Assembly (NCBI GenBank): GCA_016649875.1
Contig: JAENWW010000002.1
Location: forward strand, 84,851 to 148,850
Direction: 5' to 3'
DNA from: Coriobacteriia bacterium
GTDB lineage: Bacteria; Actinomycetota; Coriobacteriia; WRKU01; JAENWW01
Length of the DNA: 64,000 nucleotides
Position 1 is the stretch's first letter. Each line of letters opens with the position of its first letter. Under the pieces are notes generated by a model. The model did not search any database, was not told the origin of the DNA, and saw nothing but the letters and a program-made list of their open reading frames with translations. Made by a program: the position numbers and the translations under genes. Positions 48,650-61,437 of the stretch are shown here, piece by piece.

Positions 48650-48820
48650 CGCTTTATCCATACGGTGGCATTTCACGATGTGTGACCTTACCATGGGCGG
48701 ACTTCAAGTGTCCTCCGGTAAGGGTATACTTATTTCTACCAATCGTTTTAACGTCGGCGTACCTTGTCGCAAGCTTTCGGCGGGCGCGGGGATACGCTCT
48801 GAATAAAAGTAGGTGAGCCC

Positions 48821-51361
<2,541 letters not shown>

Positions 51362-52675
51362 ATGGCGCATAAGACGCGGAGCATATGGCGTTGCCAGAAC
51401 TGCGGTGCCATGTCTCCGCGTTGGGTCGGTCGGTGCTCTGAGTGCGGCGAGTTCGGCACCATAGTCGAAGAAGCCGAAGAAGTTTCCGGTGAGCAGAAAA
51501 AGTCCGCCCATAAAGGCGGACGGGTTGTTGCGCTTACGGATGCAACGAGCAAGAATTCTCAGCGTATGCAGACCGGCATCAATGAGTTCGACCGTGTGTT
51601 GGGCGGCGGACTTGTAAAAGGTTCTCTGACGTTGTTGAGCGGGTATCCCGGTGTCGGGAAATCGACTCTTCTTTTGCAGATGGCCGGTAAAATCGCTCAA
51701 GCCGGAAAGAATGTCTTATATGCGTGCGGCGAAGAATCCGTCGAGCAAGTGGGGTTGCGGGCGCACAGGCTCGGCCTCAAAGATGAGCCCATAGGGCTTC
51801 TCGCCGAAGTCGATGTGGACACAATCATTGCAACTGCGCTTTCACAACGTCCCGATATCTTGATTGTCGATTCGATTCAAACGGCGTTTACCGCCGAGCT
51901 ATCGGGAGCCCCCGGCAGTGTCGGACAAGTCCGGGCCTGCGCGTCCGCGTTGATGCGTCTTGCCAAGGAACATGCTATTACGACGATTCTCGTCGGGCAT
52001 GTCACGAAGGACGGGTCGATTGCCGGCCCGCGCGTGCTCGAACATATGGTCGATACCGTTTTGAACTTCGAGGGAGATAAAGACAATCTCTATCGTATAG
52101 TCCGCGCCGGAAAGAATCGTTTCGCCTCGACCAGCGAAATCGGCATTTTCGAGATGACGGGGGAAGGCCTTCTTCCCGTGCAGTCGCCCTCTCAAGCGTT
52201 TATCGAACGGCATGATGAGCCCATATCGGGTTCGGTGTATTTTGCGAGTTGCGAAGGAACGCGACCGTTGATCGTCGAGGTGCAAGCGCTCGTCACGAAA
52301 AGTTATCTTCCCGTTCCGCGCAGGCTGGCAAACGGTATCGATACCAGTCGGCTTTTGCAGGTGATAGCCGTGCTCGAACGTCGATCGGGCGTATCTTTTG
52401 CCAATAGGGACGTGATCGTATCGATTGCCGGCGGAGTGAGAATTTCTGAGCCCGCCGTCGATCTCGCTTTGGCACTGGCGCTTATTTCGGCGCAAAAAGA
52501 CAGTGCGCTCGAGATAGACGCCGTCGCTTTCGGCGAAATATCTTTGACAGGTAAAATTCGTCGTGCCCCGTTGGCCGCTTCGCGCGAAAAAGAAGCACAG
52601 AGCATCGGATTTTCGACAATCTATTCCAGCAAACGAATTGATTCTGTCTCAGACTGCGCAAAGCTATTCAAGTAG
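51362..52675 (+). CDS. radA: DNA repair protein RadA (Sms)
   Basis: N-terminal zinc finger WRCQNCGAMSPRWVGRCSECGEFGT, Walker A GYPGVGKST, KNRF motif, Lon-like C-terminal domain. Confidence 0.9.
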   Translation: MAHKTRSIWRCQNCGAMSPRWVGRCSECGEFGTIVEEAEEVSGEQKKSAHKGGRVVALTDATSKNSQRMQTGINEFDRVLGGGLVKGSLTLLSGYPGVGKSTLLLQMAGKIAQAGKNVLYACGEESVEQVGLRAHRLGLKDEPIGLLAEVDVDTIIATALSQRPDILIVDSIQTAFTAELSGAPGSVGQVRACASALMRLAKEHAITTILVGHVTKDGSIAGPRVLEHMVDTVLNFEGDKDNLYRIVRAGKNRFASTSEIGIFEMTGEGLLPVQSPSQAFIERHDEPISGSVYFASCEGTRPLIVEVQALVTKSYLPVPRRLANGIDTSRLLQVIAVLERRSGVSFANRDVIVSIAGGVRISEPAVDLALALALISAQKDSALEIDAVAFGEISLTGKIRRAPLAASREKEAQSIGFSTIYSSKRIDSVSDCAKLFK

Positions 52676-52686
52676 AATCGAGCACC

Positions 52687-53421
52687 ATGGGCGGAGACAA
52701 TCGACATAACAAACGTGATACCGTCGCGATTATAGCGGCCGGAGGCAATGGCACCCGACTGGACGCGTCCGGAGGCAAGCAACTCCTCGAAGTTGCCGGT
52801 AAGCCCGTGCTTTCATGGACCGTCGATGCGATTGCAGCGGCGGAGTCAGTCGATGAGGTTATCATCGCATGCGATCCGAAGCGCGTTGCCGAGTACGCCT
52901 CGGCTGTTTCTCGGTCGGTATCGACCCGAAAGAGAATAAGCTTCGTACCGGGTGGGCTGACAAGGCAGATGTCGGTTTACAGCGCGCTGCTTGAGGTTAA
53001 GTCGCATAGTATCGTCATAATTCACGATGGTGCGCGTCCGCTCATCGAACCTGAAGTCGTTGAAGAAGCCATTGAAACTTTGCGCGAGGGAAAAGCAGAC
53101 GCCCTATCGGGCGTGGTCGTCGGGTACCCGACGATTGATACGATAAAAGCAGTCGACGAGAGTCTCATCATAACAAGCACTCCGGACAGGGCGACATTAT
53201 GGAATGCCCAAACGCCCCAAGTGTTTTGGACGGATGAACTTTATGACGCATATGAGTATGCCCGAACGCACGGTGTAAAGGGAACTGACGACGCAAGCCT
53301 CATGGAGCAATTCGGTAAAAAAGTGGTCATGATCAAAGGTCCGCGTGATAATATCAAAATCACGCTTGAAGAAGACATAGCTTTCGCGCAAGGTATACTG
53401 GCTTTACGCGTACGAGAATAG
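52687..53421 (+). CDS. ispD: 2-C-methyl-D-erythritol 4-phosphate cytidylyltransferase
   Basis: VAIIAAGGNGTRL matches the cytidylyltransferase N-terminus. Length is about 244 aa. Confidence 0.85.
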   Translation: MGGDNRHNKRDTVAIIAAGGNGTRLDASGGKQLLEVAGKPVLSWTVDAIAAAESVDEVIIACDPKRVAEYASAVSRSVSTRKRISFVPGGLTRQMSVYSALLEVKSHSIVIIHDGARPLIEPEVVEEAIETLREGKADALSGVVVGYPTIDTIKAVDESLIITSTPDRATLWNAQTPQVFWTDELYDAYEYARTHGVKGTDDASLMEQFGKKVVMIKGPRDNIKITLEEDIAFAQGILALRVRE

Positions 53422-53433
53422 GAAGCGGAGTTT

Positions 53434-53913
53434 ATGTTGCGCATTGGACTTGGGTATGACGTTCATGCCTTTGCAAAGGGGAGAAAGCTTATTCTCGGGG
53501 GCGTGGAAATCGAGCACACACGTGGTCTGCTCGGGCACTCCGATGCGGATGTGCTCGCCCACGCGCTCGCTGATGCGATTCTCGGCGGTCTGCGCCAAGG
53601 GGACATCGGTAAACTTTTTCCCGATACCGACCCGCGGTATGAAAACGCGGATTCTTTGGTGTTACTTGCCCGTGTCGGGGGCCTCATGCGCGAGCTGGGG
53701 TTCGAGCTTGTCGATGCCGATTGCGTCGTCGTCGCGGAGGAGCCGAAACTGGCACCTTATCGAGAGGCGATGAGAGATAAGCTGAGTTGCGCCTTAGGTG
53801 TAAGCGTCGATAGGGTGGGGGTCAAGGCGACAACGACTGAAAAACTCGGTTTTGAAGGTCGGCAAGAAGGAATGGCTGCGCAAGCGGTCGTCTTGTTGAA
53901 TAAGAATGACTAG
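53434..53913 (+). CDS. ispF: 2-C-methyl-D-erythritol 2,4-cyclodiphosphate synthase
   Basis: MLRIGLGYDVHAF...HSDADVLAHALADAILGG. Confidence 0.9.
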   Translation: MLRIGLGYDVHAFAKGRKLILGGVEIEHTRGLLGHSDADVLAHALADAILGGLRQGDIGKLFPDTDPRYENADSLVLLARVGGLMRELGFELVDADCVVVAEEPKLAPYREAMRDKLSCALGVSVDRVGVKATTTEKLGFEGRQEGMAAQAVVLLNKND

Positions 53914-53928
53914 AGAGCGGCTATTCGG

Positions 53929-54654
53929 ATGATGTTGAAGACATTGCGCGAAGATATAGATGCGGTAAAACGACGCGACCCGGCGCATGCGAGCACATTT
54001 TCAATTATTCTCAATTATCCGGGGCTCCATGCTTTATGGGCCCATCGCATCAATCATGCAATACACACCGCCGGCTTGCATACTCTTGCTCGTTTCGGCT
54101 CGCAGTGCGTCCGGTTTTTCACCGGGATAGAAATCCACCCGGGTGCAACCATCGGAAAGAGATTGTTCATCGATCACGGTATGGGCGTCGTCATCGGAGA
54201 AACCACAATCATCGGGGACGATGTCACTCTCTACCAAGGGGTGACCCTGGGCGGAACGGGAAAAGAAACGGGGAAGCGTCATCCCACGCTCGGCGACAAC
54301 GTCATCGTCGGAGTCGGAGCGGCCGTTCTCGGAGCGATAACCATCGGGGAAAGTAGCAAGGTCGGCGGTGGGGCGGTCGTCATCGATGATGTGCCGCCGA
54401 ATTGCACCGTCGTCGGTGTACCGGGAAGAATTATCGTCTCCGACGGGCAACGTGTCGCCGAGGGTGCGGCGAAACGTCATGAGTCCCTGCCCGACCCGGT
54501 TGTCGAGATGATGCGCTGCATGAGTCAGCGTATCGAACATCTTGAAAAATATATCGCACATATGCGCAGCCTTGAGGTCGATGCGCTCGATCCGGAACCG
54601 TTTGTACCGATTGAGCCGTGCAAAGATGCCTTCGATGAAGAGGAGCAGCCGTAA
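53929..54654 (+). CDS. cysE: Serine O-acetyltransferase
   Basis: N-terminal SATase helical domain (DPAHASTFSIILNYPGLHALWAHRINHA) and left-handed beta-helix hexapeptide repeats (GIEIHPGATIG...). Confidence 0.85.
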   Translation: MMLKTLREDIDAVKRRDPAHASTFSIILNYPGLHALWAHRINHAIHTAGLHTLARFGSQCVRFFTGIEIHPGATIGKRLFIDHGMGVVIGETTIIGDDVTLYQGVTLGGTGKETGKRHPTLGDNVIVGVGAAVLGAITIGESSKVGGGAVVIDDVPPNCTVVGVPGRIIVSDGQRVAEGAAKRHESLPDPVVEMMRCMSQRIEHLEKYIAHMRSLEVDALDPEPFVPIEPCKDAFDEEEQP

Positions 54655-54658
54655 ACCC

Positions 54659-56149
54659 ATGAGACTTTACAACACGCTGAGCCGCAAAAAGGAAGAGTTC
54701 ATTCCGCGTGAAACCGGCAAGGTCGCGATGTATGTATGCGGTCCGACGGTCTATAACCACATACATTTGGGCAACGCGCGTACTTTCCTTTCGTTTGATA
54801 CCATCCGTCGGTATCTTTTGTGGAAGGGGTACGATGTGACATTCATCCAAAATATCACCGATGTCGATGACAAAATAATCAAACGGTCGCAAGAAGAACA
54901 TCGTTCTTTCGATGAGGTCGCCTCCGAATATGCGCAAGCATTCGTAGACATTATGGACGAGATCAACGTATTGCCTCCTACGCGTCGTCCGAAAGCAACC
55001 GAGACGATTCCGTCCATGATCGGTTTGATCGAGCGTCTCATCGAGTCCGATCACGCTTATACAATCGACGGCGACGTCTACTTTTCAGTCAGAAGTTTTC
55101 CGGCGTATGGCAAGCTCAGCGGACGCGATGTTAATGACATGCGCACCGGTACACGCATAGAAGTGGATGAACGTAAAGCGGATTCGCTGGATTTCGCGTT
55201 GTGGAAGAGCGCGAAGCCGGGGGAGCCGAGTTGGGAAAGCCCCTGGGGAAAAGGCCGTCCCGGTTGGCATATCGAGTGTTCGACAATGAGCGAGGCGGAA
55301 CTCGGTTTGCCCCTCGACATTCACGGCGGCGGTGTCGATTTGGTTTTTCCCCATCATGAAAATGAAATCGCGCAGTCCGAAGCGGCCACCGGTAAACGGT
55401 TTTCCACCTACTGGATGCACGGGGGCATGCTTCAAGTCAATTCGGAAAAAATGAGCAAATCACTCAACAACTTTTTTCTTCTCAAAGATGTACTGAAAGA
55501 TTATCCCACACCGGTTATTCGTCTTTTCATGCTGCAGACGCACTACAGAAGTCCCCTCGATTTCTCCGATGCTCGTCTCGAGGAGGCGAAAACGGCACTT
55601 GAGCGACTTGAGACTTTCGTGCGCAACGCGCAGTGGCTGGCCGCAAAGGAGCCCGTCGAAAGTGGCGCTCCGCAAGATGAGAAGACCACATTTGAAAAAG
55701 AGATTGCGAATGCGGTTGCTAAGTTCGAAACAGAAATGGATGATGATTTCAACACGGCGGGTGCACTCGGTGCGATTTTCGAACTTATGAAAGCGGGCAA
55801 TACCTACATTGCCGATTATGAGCAGCGGATGGATAACCGCGATCGGTCGCTCATTGAAAATGCTGCAGCGCGGGCGGTCGATTTGCTCGATGTCCTCGGT
55901 GTCGAGATCGAAGTTCCGCACCCAAACGAAAGTGAGTATCCCCTCGAGGTCGTCTCGCTTGCGCGAGACAGCGGTGGGTATGTCGGAGACGATGCGGAAG
56001 AGGCAATCGAGAGTTTGCTCGCTACGCGCGCAACGGCACGAAGTGAGAAAGACTGGGCGGTGGCCGATGGAGTCCGAGACGGGTTGAGCGCTTTGGGGTT
56101 CACCATAGAAGATACGGCGGCCGGCGCTCGCGTCATATACAACGGCTGA
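54659..56149 (+). CDS. cysS: Cysteine--tRNA ligase
   Basis: MRLYNTLSRKKEEF start, HIGH motif (NHIHLGNAR), KMSKS motif, zinc ligands. The track ORF begins upstream at 54542 but ATG 54659 matches family N-termini. Confidence 0.9.
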   Translation: MRLYNTLSRKKEEFIPRETGKVAMYVCGPTVYNHIHLGNARTFLSFDTIRRYLLWKGYDVTFIQNITDVDDKIIKRSQEEHRSFDEVASEYAQAFVDIMDEINVLPPTRRPKATETIPSMIGLIERLIESDHAYTIDGDVYFSVRSFPAYGKLSGRDVNDMRTGTRIEVDERKADSLDFALWKSAKPGEPSWESPWGKGRPGWHIECSTMSEAELGLPLDIHGGGVDLVFPHHENEIAQSEAATGKRFSTYWMHGGMLQVNSEKMSKSLNNFFLLKDVLKDYPTPVIRLFMLQTHYRSPLDFSDARLEEAKTALERLETFVRNAQWLAAKEPVESGAPQDEKTTFEKEIANAVAKFETEMDDDFNTAGALGAIFELMKAGNTYIADYEQRMDNRDRSLIENAAARAVDLLDVLGVEIEVPHPNESEYPLEVVSLARDSGGYVGDDAEEAIESLLATRATARSEKDWAVADGVRDGLSALGFTIEDTAAGARVIYNG

Positions 56150-56223
56150 CGTCGGAGCAGAAGTTTCGTCTCGACGAACAAGCCCATCCCTTTCCGTAAG
56201 GTACAAGATTAAGGATTCTACTT

Positions 56224-56976
56224 GTGAACATTGAAGGACGTAACGCCGTCTACGAGGCTCTTCGCGCGCATATGACGATGGAAAAAATATTGATTGCGCA
56301 AGGGACGAAGCCGGACAAAACGCTCGATGACATCAAAAAGCGTGCGAACAAACTTCAGATCTCAATGAAAGAAGTTCGGAAGCAAGAACTGGATGCAATG
56401 AGTGACCACGGGGCGCACCAAGGCGTCATCGCGCTTGCCGCGCCGTTCAGATTCACCGCAATCGAAGAAATAATAAAGAGGACGAAAGATGCCCCCGATT
56501 CACTTGTGATAGTTCTCGACCACATCACCGACCCTGGAAATCTCGGAGCGATTGTGCGATCGGCCGAAGTGATCGGTGCTGCGGGAGTTGTCATTCCGAA
56601 ACGTCGCATGGCTGCGATTTCTCCGGTTGCGTGGAAAGCCTCCGCCGGGGCATTCGCCCACGTAGCCGTCGCCCAAGAGACGAATGTCGCACGGGCATTG
56701 ATCAAACTCAAAGACGGAGGATTCTGGGTGGCCGGCGCATCAGAGCACGCAACGCAGGATGTATGGCGGGCTCCGTTGAATGGCAAAATCGCTCTCGTCA
56801 TGGGCTCCGAAGGTGAAGGCCTCGCTCGGCTCACACAGCAAACGTGCGATTTTCTCGTGAAATTGCCGCAGGTCGGAAATGTCGGATCGCTCAATGTCGC
56901 GCAGGCCACGACGGCGATTTCTTATGAGTGGCTGAGGCGTATTCAACTGAAGGCCGGGCAAAATGTCGGCGAGTAG
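56224..56976 (+). CDS. rlmB: 23S rRNA (guanosine-2'-O)-methyltransferase RlmB (SpoU/TrmH family)
   Basis: SpoU substrate-binding N-domain plus the SPOUT methylase region (IVLDHITDPGNLGAIVRSA, LVMGSEGEGL). GTG start. Confidence 0.8.
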   Translation: MNIEGRNAVYEALRAHMTMEKILIAQGTKPDKTLDDIKKRANKLQISMKEVRKQELDAMSDHGAHQGVIALAAPFRFTAIEEIIKRTKDAPDSLVIVLDHITDPGNLGAIVRSAEVIGAAGVVIPKRRMAAISPVAWKASAGAFAHVAVAQETNVARALIKLKDGGFWVAGASEHATQDVWRAPLNGKIALVMGSEGEGLARLTQQTCDFLVKLPQVGNVGSLNVAQATTAISYEWLRRIQLKAGQNVGE

Positions 56977-57016
56977 GTAACAGGCAGATTTTTATTTTTT
57001 GAAAAGAGGTGGCTTC

Positions 57017-57529
57017 GTGAGACAACTCATCATCGATGGATATAATGTCATTTTGCAGGCCACGCCTTATTCTAAACTCGCCGAACGTGGCGATTTCGAA
57101 CTCGCATGTGAGGCGCTGATTTCCGATGCGACCTCATTCGTCGGTCCGCAGTACAGGGTTACGGTCGTTTATGACGGTACGAATAACAAGTTCTCTACCG
57201 GTGAGCCTCAAAAAATCGGGGGGGTAACCGTCATCTATTCACCTTACGGACAAACGGCCGATACCGTCATCGAGAGACTTGCTCACGAGTATCGCGACAG
57301 GGGCGACGATGTCGAAGTCGTCACAAGCGACGAGCAGACCCAGCGAGCGGTCATGGGTGAGAGGATTGTGAGACGATCTTCACGCGAATTCATCGAGGAG
57401 CTCGGGGTGGGTTATTCCGAGTTTGCCGAGAACAAGGAGAGCTCACCGTATTCTAAGGTGACGCTTGGCCAAAGGATCAGTGCCGATGCCGTCGAGCTAT
57501 TGAGAAAAATTCGCGATGGCGAAGTATAA
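57017..57529 (+). CDS. NYN-domain RNA-binding protein YacP-like
   Basis: LIIDGYNVI...VVYDG matches the YacP/NYN pattern. Conserved position between rlmB and sigH. GTG at 57017 with a GAAAAGAGGTGG RBS. Confidence 0.7.
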   Translation: MRQLIIDGYNVILQATPYSKLAERGDFELACEALISDATSFVGPQYRVTVVYDGTNNKFSTGEPQKIGGVTVIYSPYGQTADTVIERLAHEYRDRGDDVEVVTSDEQTQRAVMGERIVRRSSREFIEELGVGYSEFAENKESSPYSKVTLGQRISADAVELLRKIRDGEV

Positions 57530-58076
57530 GTATACCGATGAAGAACTTGCGATCGGTTCGCAAGGCGGAAATGAGAACTTTCGAAAGTTGCTCATCGCAC
57601 GGTACAAGAAGGTAGTTCTTTGGCTCGTTTCACGTCATGTGCACGATGATTTTCTTCGCGAGGACATGTGCCAGGAAGCGCTTCTCGGGTTCATGCGCGC
57701 AATCGACACGTTCTCGTCAACGGTAGGAACGCAGTTCAACACTTACGCAACCGTCTGTGTCGACAATGCTCTCAAGTCTGCGCTTCGAAAACAGAAACAA
57801 TATTTCCGAGAGCGATCCTATGAAGATAAAGACGTTCTCGACATGGATGAGATGGCGATTCCGGGTGGGGAGGATGCACTGTTTTCAACTTCGGTCGCTC
57901 AAGATATCCGCGAAGTCTTGGCGCAACGATTGAGCGAACTGGAATACGACGCTCTTTTTTATCGCGCCGAAGGGTATTCATATAAGGAAATCGCCGAGAT
58001 GCTCGGGTGCGACGTGCGCGCGGTGGGCAACGCATTGACGCGCGCGAATAAAAAGGCGCGTGCCATCTTATCGTAA
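57516..58076 (+). CDS. sigH: RNA polymerase sigma factor, SigH-like (sigma-70 region 2 and 4)
   Basis: Region 2 FNTYATVCVDNAL. Region 4 HTH YKEIAEMLGCDVRAVGNALTRA. Conserved cysS-rlmB-yacP-sigH synteny. Confidence 0.75.
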   Translation: MAKYKYTDEELAIGSQGGNENFRKLLIARYKKVVLWLVSRHVHDDFLREDMCQEALLGFMRAIDTFSSTVGTQFNTYATVCVDNALKSALRKQKQYFRERSYEDKDVLDMDEMAIPGGEDALFSTSVAQDIREVLAQRLSELEYDALFYRAEGYSYKEIAEMLGCDVRAVGNALTRANKKARAILS

Positions 58077-58148
58077 TGTGCTTAAAACCGCTCGCGGGGT
58101 TGTCGCGCGGTGCTCTTTTCCGCTATACTTTTAACTCGCTTTGAAAAA

Positions 58149-58224
58149 GCCAACGTGGCGCAATTGGTAGCGCAACTGACTTGTAATCAGTAGGTTAGGG
58201 GTTCGAGTCCCCTCGTTGGCTCCA
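58149..58224 (+). tRNA. tRNA-Thr (anticodon UGU)
   Basis: Acceptor GCCAACG/CGTTGGC. Anticodon stem ACTGA/TCAGT with loop CTTGTAA. T-loop TTCGAGT. CCA encoded. Confidence 0.85.
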
Positions 58225-58237
58225 TTTTAAGAAGTGA

Positions 58238-58270
58238 TAGACCCGAACCGCTGAGGTACGGGTCTATTTT
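58238..58270 (+). terminator. Stem-loop plus T-tract after tRNA-Thr(UGU)
   Basis: TAGACCCG...CGGGTCTA followed by TTTT. Confidence 0.4.
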
Positions 58271-58378
58271 AATTTTCGAATTCGCGCATTCTTCACAGCT
58301 ATTTTCACGGCGTAATCGTAAAGGAAGAAAGATCACGAGCACGCCGTGATATAGATACGCTCGGCACCGTGTGAAGTG

Positions 58379-58407
58379 TTGACATGCGTACATGTGTGCA
58401 GTAAACT
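58379..58407 (+). promoter_or_regulatory. Sigma-70-type promoter for the downstream tRNA-Tyr/Thr/Met cluster
   Basis: TTGACA, a 17-nt spacer, then TAAACT. Located about 90 nt upstream of tRNA-Tyr. Confidence 0.45.
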
Positions 58408-58497
58408 TTGTTCCTGCTTGTGCCATATGGCGTGGTTTTTTACTCCTATGAAACAAGCGACGTACCTTGACAAGTGCACATATCAGGTTCTCTACAT

Positions 58498-58582
58498 GGG
58501 GGTGTGCCCGAGTGGCTAAAGGGGACGGGCTGTAAACCCGTTGACTATGTCTTCGATGGTTCGAATCCATCCGCCCCCACCA
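58498..58582 (+). tRNA. tRNA-Tyr (anticodon GUA), class II with long variable arm
   Basis: Acceptor GGGGGTG/CGCCCCC. Anticodon loop CTGTAAA. Long variable arm. T-loop TTCGAAT. A73 then CCA. 85 nt. Confidence 0.85.
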
Positions 58583-58585
58583 TGT

Positions 58586-58661
<76 letters not shown>

Positions 58662-58694
58662 TTGATCTGTATTCGCGTATCTGCGATTGCACTT

Positions 58695-58772
58695 GGCGGT
58701 GTAGCTCAGCTGGTTTAGAGCGCACGGTTCATACCCGTGAGGTCGCTGGTTCGAACCCAGCCACCGCTACCA
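58695..58772 (+). tRNA. tRNA-Met (anticodon CAU), elongator type; tRNA-Ile2 (lysidine) not excluded
   Basis: Acceptor GGCGGTG/CACCGCT. Anticodon stem CACGG/CCGTG with loop TTCATAC. T-loop TTCGAAC. CCA encoded. Confidence 0.8.
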
Positions 58773-58867
58773 GAAGTTAACGTCGAACAGGCGTTGAATA
58801 GATATTGAAGAGTAATTTTTATGAGAGGCGGCCTTGAGTCGCTAAGTCCCTTAAAGGAGGAGACACA

Positions 58868-60052
58868 ATGGCAAAAAAGAAGTTCGAGCGTACTAAGCCG
58901 CACGTAAACATCGGTACAATCGGTCACGTTGACCACGGTAAGACCACTCTTACCGCAGCAATTACCAAGCGTCAGGCTGAAAAGGGATTAGCAGAGGCAA
59001 CCCCCTTCGATCAAATCGATAAGGCGCCTGAAGAGCGCGAGCGCGGTATCACCATCTCAATCGCTCACGTCGAGTATGAGACCGAGACCCGTCACTACGC
59101 GCACGTCGACTGCCCGGGCCACGCCGACTATGTAAAGAACATGATTACCGGTGCTGCTCAGATGGACGGCGCGATTCTCGTAATCGCAGCGACAGACGGT
59201 CCTATGGCCCAGACTCGCGAGCATATCCTACTTGCTCGTCAAGTCGGCGTACCTCACATCGTCGTGTTCTTGAACAAGTGCGACATGGTGGACGACGAAG
59301 AGCTCATCGAGCTCGTCGAGATGGAAGTTCGCGAGCTCCTCGACCTCAATGGGTTCCCCGGTGACGACACTCCGATCATCCGCGGTTCCGCACTCAAGGC
59401 ACTCGAAGGCGATCCCGAGTGGGAGAAGAAGATCGACGATCTCCTCGATGCAGTCGATACCTTCATTCCGCTACCTGAGCGCGATATCGAGAAGCCTTTC
59501 TTGATGGCTATCGAAGACGTATTCACCATCACCGGACGCGGTACCGTTGCAACCGGTCGTGTCGAGCGCGGCATCGTCAAAGTCGGAGAGGAAGTCGAAA
59601 TCGTCGGAATCATGGACACTCAAAAGACCATCGTCACCGGTCTCGAGATGTTCCGCAAGCTCCTCGATCGTGCAGAGGCCGGCGACAACGTAGGTGTTCT
59701 TCTCCGCGGCACCAAGCGTGAGGACATCGAGCGCGGGCAGATTCTTTGCAAGCCGGGTTCAGTTACTCCTCACACCGTGTTCGAGGGCCAGGTTTACGTA
59801 TTGACGAAGGAGGAAGGCGGACGTCACACTCCGTTCTTCGACGGATATCGTCCTCAGTTCTACTTCCGTACGACTGACATCACCGGTATCGCCCACCTTC
59901 CCGAGGGAACCGAAATGGTTATGCCCGGCGACAACGTTCTCGTTCGCGGCGAGCTCATTCACCCCATCGCCATGGAGGAAGGTCTCAAGTTCGCTATTCG
60001 CGAAGGCGGTCGTACCGTCGGTTCAGGTCGAGTGACGAAGATCATCAAATAG
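58868..60052 (+). CDS. tuf: Elongation factor Tu
   Basis: [58 protein letters not shown], 394 aa. Confidence 0.95.
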   Translation: MAKKKFERTKPHVNIGTIGHVDHGKTTLTAAITKRQAEKGLAEATPFDQIDKAPEERERGITISIAHVEYETETRHYAHVDCPGHADYVKNMITGAAQMDGAILVIAATDGPMAQTREHILLARQVGVPHIVVFLNKCDMVDDEELIELVEMEVRELLDLNGFPGDDTPIIRGSALKALEGDPEWEKKIDDLLDAVDTFIPLPERDIEKPFLMAIEDVFTITGRGTVATGRVERGIVKVGEEVEIVGIMDTQKTIVTGLEMFRKLLDRAEAGDNVGVLLRGTKREDIERGQILCKPGSVTPHTVFEGQVYVLTKEEGGRHTPFFDGYRPQFYFRTTDITGIAHLPEGTEMVMPGDNVLVRGELIHPIAMEEGLKFAIREGGRTVGSGRVTKIIK

Positions 60053-60076
60053 CAACCTAAGTACACTTGATTTATC

Positions 60077-60116
60077 GGGGTCCGGTCACTTCGATCTTGG
60101 CCGGACCCCTCTTTTG
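60077..60116 (+). terminator. Rho-independent terminator after tuf
   Basis: GGGGTCCGG-tcacttcgatcttgg-CCGGACCCC followed by TCTTTTG. Confidence 0.6.
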
Positions 60117-60218
60117 CCCCTCTCGAGCAGTTTGACAGTGCATGACTTTAAGGCTAATCTAGCCTTCCGCGTTAAAATGAGCACACGGTGAATTTTACGC
60201 GGTCCTTTAGGAGGACCA

Positions 60219-60368
60219 ATGAGAACTTTGGTGACACTTGCTTGCGCGGATTGCAAGCGAAGAAATTACACCACTAAGAAGAATAAGCAGAACAATCCTG
60301 AGCGCATCGAGTTCAAGAAGTACTGCAAGTGGTGTCAGGGTCATACGGTACATAAAGAGACCCGCTAA
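60219..60368 (+). CDS. rpmG: 50S ribosomal protein L33
   Basis: 49 aa, [23 protein letters not shown]...[15 protein letters not shown], zinc-ribbon L33. GGAGGA RBS. Not in the ORF track (below its length cutoff). Confidence 0.85.
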   Translation: MRTLVTLACADCKRRNYTTKKNKQNNPERIEFKKYCKWCQGHTVHKETR

Positions 60369-60384
60369 CTCGAAAAAGAGTCAC

Positions 60385-60461
60385 AGGCCAGTAGCTCCAA
60401 TTGGTAGAGCGCCGGTCTCCAAAACCGGATGCTGGGGGTTCGAGTCCCTCCTGGCCTGCCA
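60385..60461 (+). tRNA. tRNA-Trp (anticodon CCA)
   Basis: Acceptor AGGCCAG/CTGGCCT. Anticodon stem CCGGT/ACCGG with loop CTCCAAA. T-loop TTCGAGT. G73 then CCA. Confidence 0.85.
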
Positions 60462-60528
60462 TCCTTTCGATGTATAATCTTCGAAGTGGTTAACCCGTAC
60501 TAAGCGTTTTTATTTGATCGGAAGTATC

Positions 60529-60804
60529 ATGGCAAAAAGTGCAGCGGCTGCAACCGCACCTGCAAAAAAAGGTAATGCGAAAAACACAGGCAAGAATCCT
60601 CAACCGGGTATCGGTGCTCGTTTCGTCGCTTACCTTAAAGGTGTACGCACGGAGCTCAAGCGTGTTATATGGCCTTCACGTGAAGAGGTCGTCAACTCGA
60701 GCATCGTTGTAGTGGTTACCTTGATATTTTTTGCGACATTCGCATTCCTAGTGGACTTTGTGGCCTCTAAGGCCATTTTGGGTCTGCGCGGTATAGTAGG
60801 GTAA
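60529..60804 (+). CDS. secE: Preprotein translocase subunit SecE
   Basis: C-terminal single TM (VVVVTLIFFATFAFLVDFV) and YLKGVRTELKRVIWPSREEV, a SecE signature. Located before nusG. Confidence 0.8.
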   Translation: MAKSAAAATAPAKKGNAKNTGKNPQPGIGARFVAYLKGVRTELKRVIWPSREEVVNSSIVVVVTLIFFATFAFLVDFVASKAILGLRGIVG

Positions 60805-60809
60805 TTTAA

Positions 60810-61331
60810 ATGAAAAAGTGGTACGTAGTACATACTTATTCAGGGTATGAAAAGAAAGTGAAGGCAGGCCTCGAGCATCGCATCGAGAGTCTCAGCATGT
60901 CCGATAAGATTTTTAAAGTCGAGATTCCGACCGAGCAAGTCGTCAACAAAGATGACGGAAAGCTCGTCGAGAAGAATCTTTATCCCGGTTACATCCTCGT
61001 GCAGATGGATTTCGATGAGAGCTCTTGGTACGTCGTTCGCAACACGGACGGAGTGACCGGATTCGTCGGCTCGCGTCATAAACCGACTCCGCTTACCCGC
61101 GATGAATATTATCGTATGGTCGGTCACTCGAAGAAGACCGAGCCTGTCGCCGTCACAAGTTTTGCATCAGGCGAAATGGTCCGCATCAAACAAGGCCCGT
61201 TCGCCGACTACAACGCGCGTATCCAAGAGGTCAACGTCGAAAAGGGCACTTTGCGTTGCACGGTCACCCTCTTCGGCCGTGAAACTCCCGTTGAGTTCGA
61301 GTTCAACGACGTGGAGCTTGTGTATTCTTAA
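60810..61331 (+). CDS. nusG: Transcription termination/antitermination factor NusG
   Basis: MKKWYVVHTYSGYEKKVK NGN domain and C-terminal KOW motif (GEMVRIKQGPFADYNARI). Confidence 0.9.
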   Translation: MKKWYVVHTYSGYEKKVKAGLEHRIESLSMSDKIFKVEIPTEQVVNKDDGKLVEKNLYPGYILVQMDFDESSWYVVRNTDGVTGFVGSRHKPTPLTRDEYYRMVGHSKKTEPVAVTSFASGEMVRIKQGPFADYNARIQEVNVEKGTLRCTVTLFGRETPVEFEFNDVELVYS

Positions 61332-61437
61332 ATTGGTAACGCCGGCGCAGAAGCCGTGTCATGCGGAGCTTCTCTTGTGCGCTGTACGTATAGAAAAGTA
61401 ACCGGCCTTTCGGCCCTTTGGTAGTAAGGATAGAGTA

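Noticed and set aside
51877-52605. Minus-strand ORFs (198 aa, 100 aa) inside radA
   Set aside because: They are antisense to a well-supported RadA gene.
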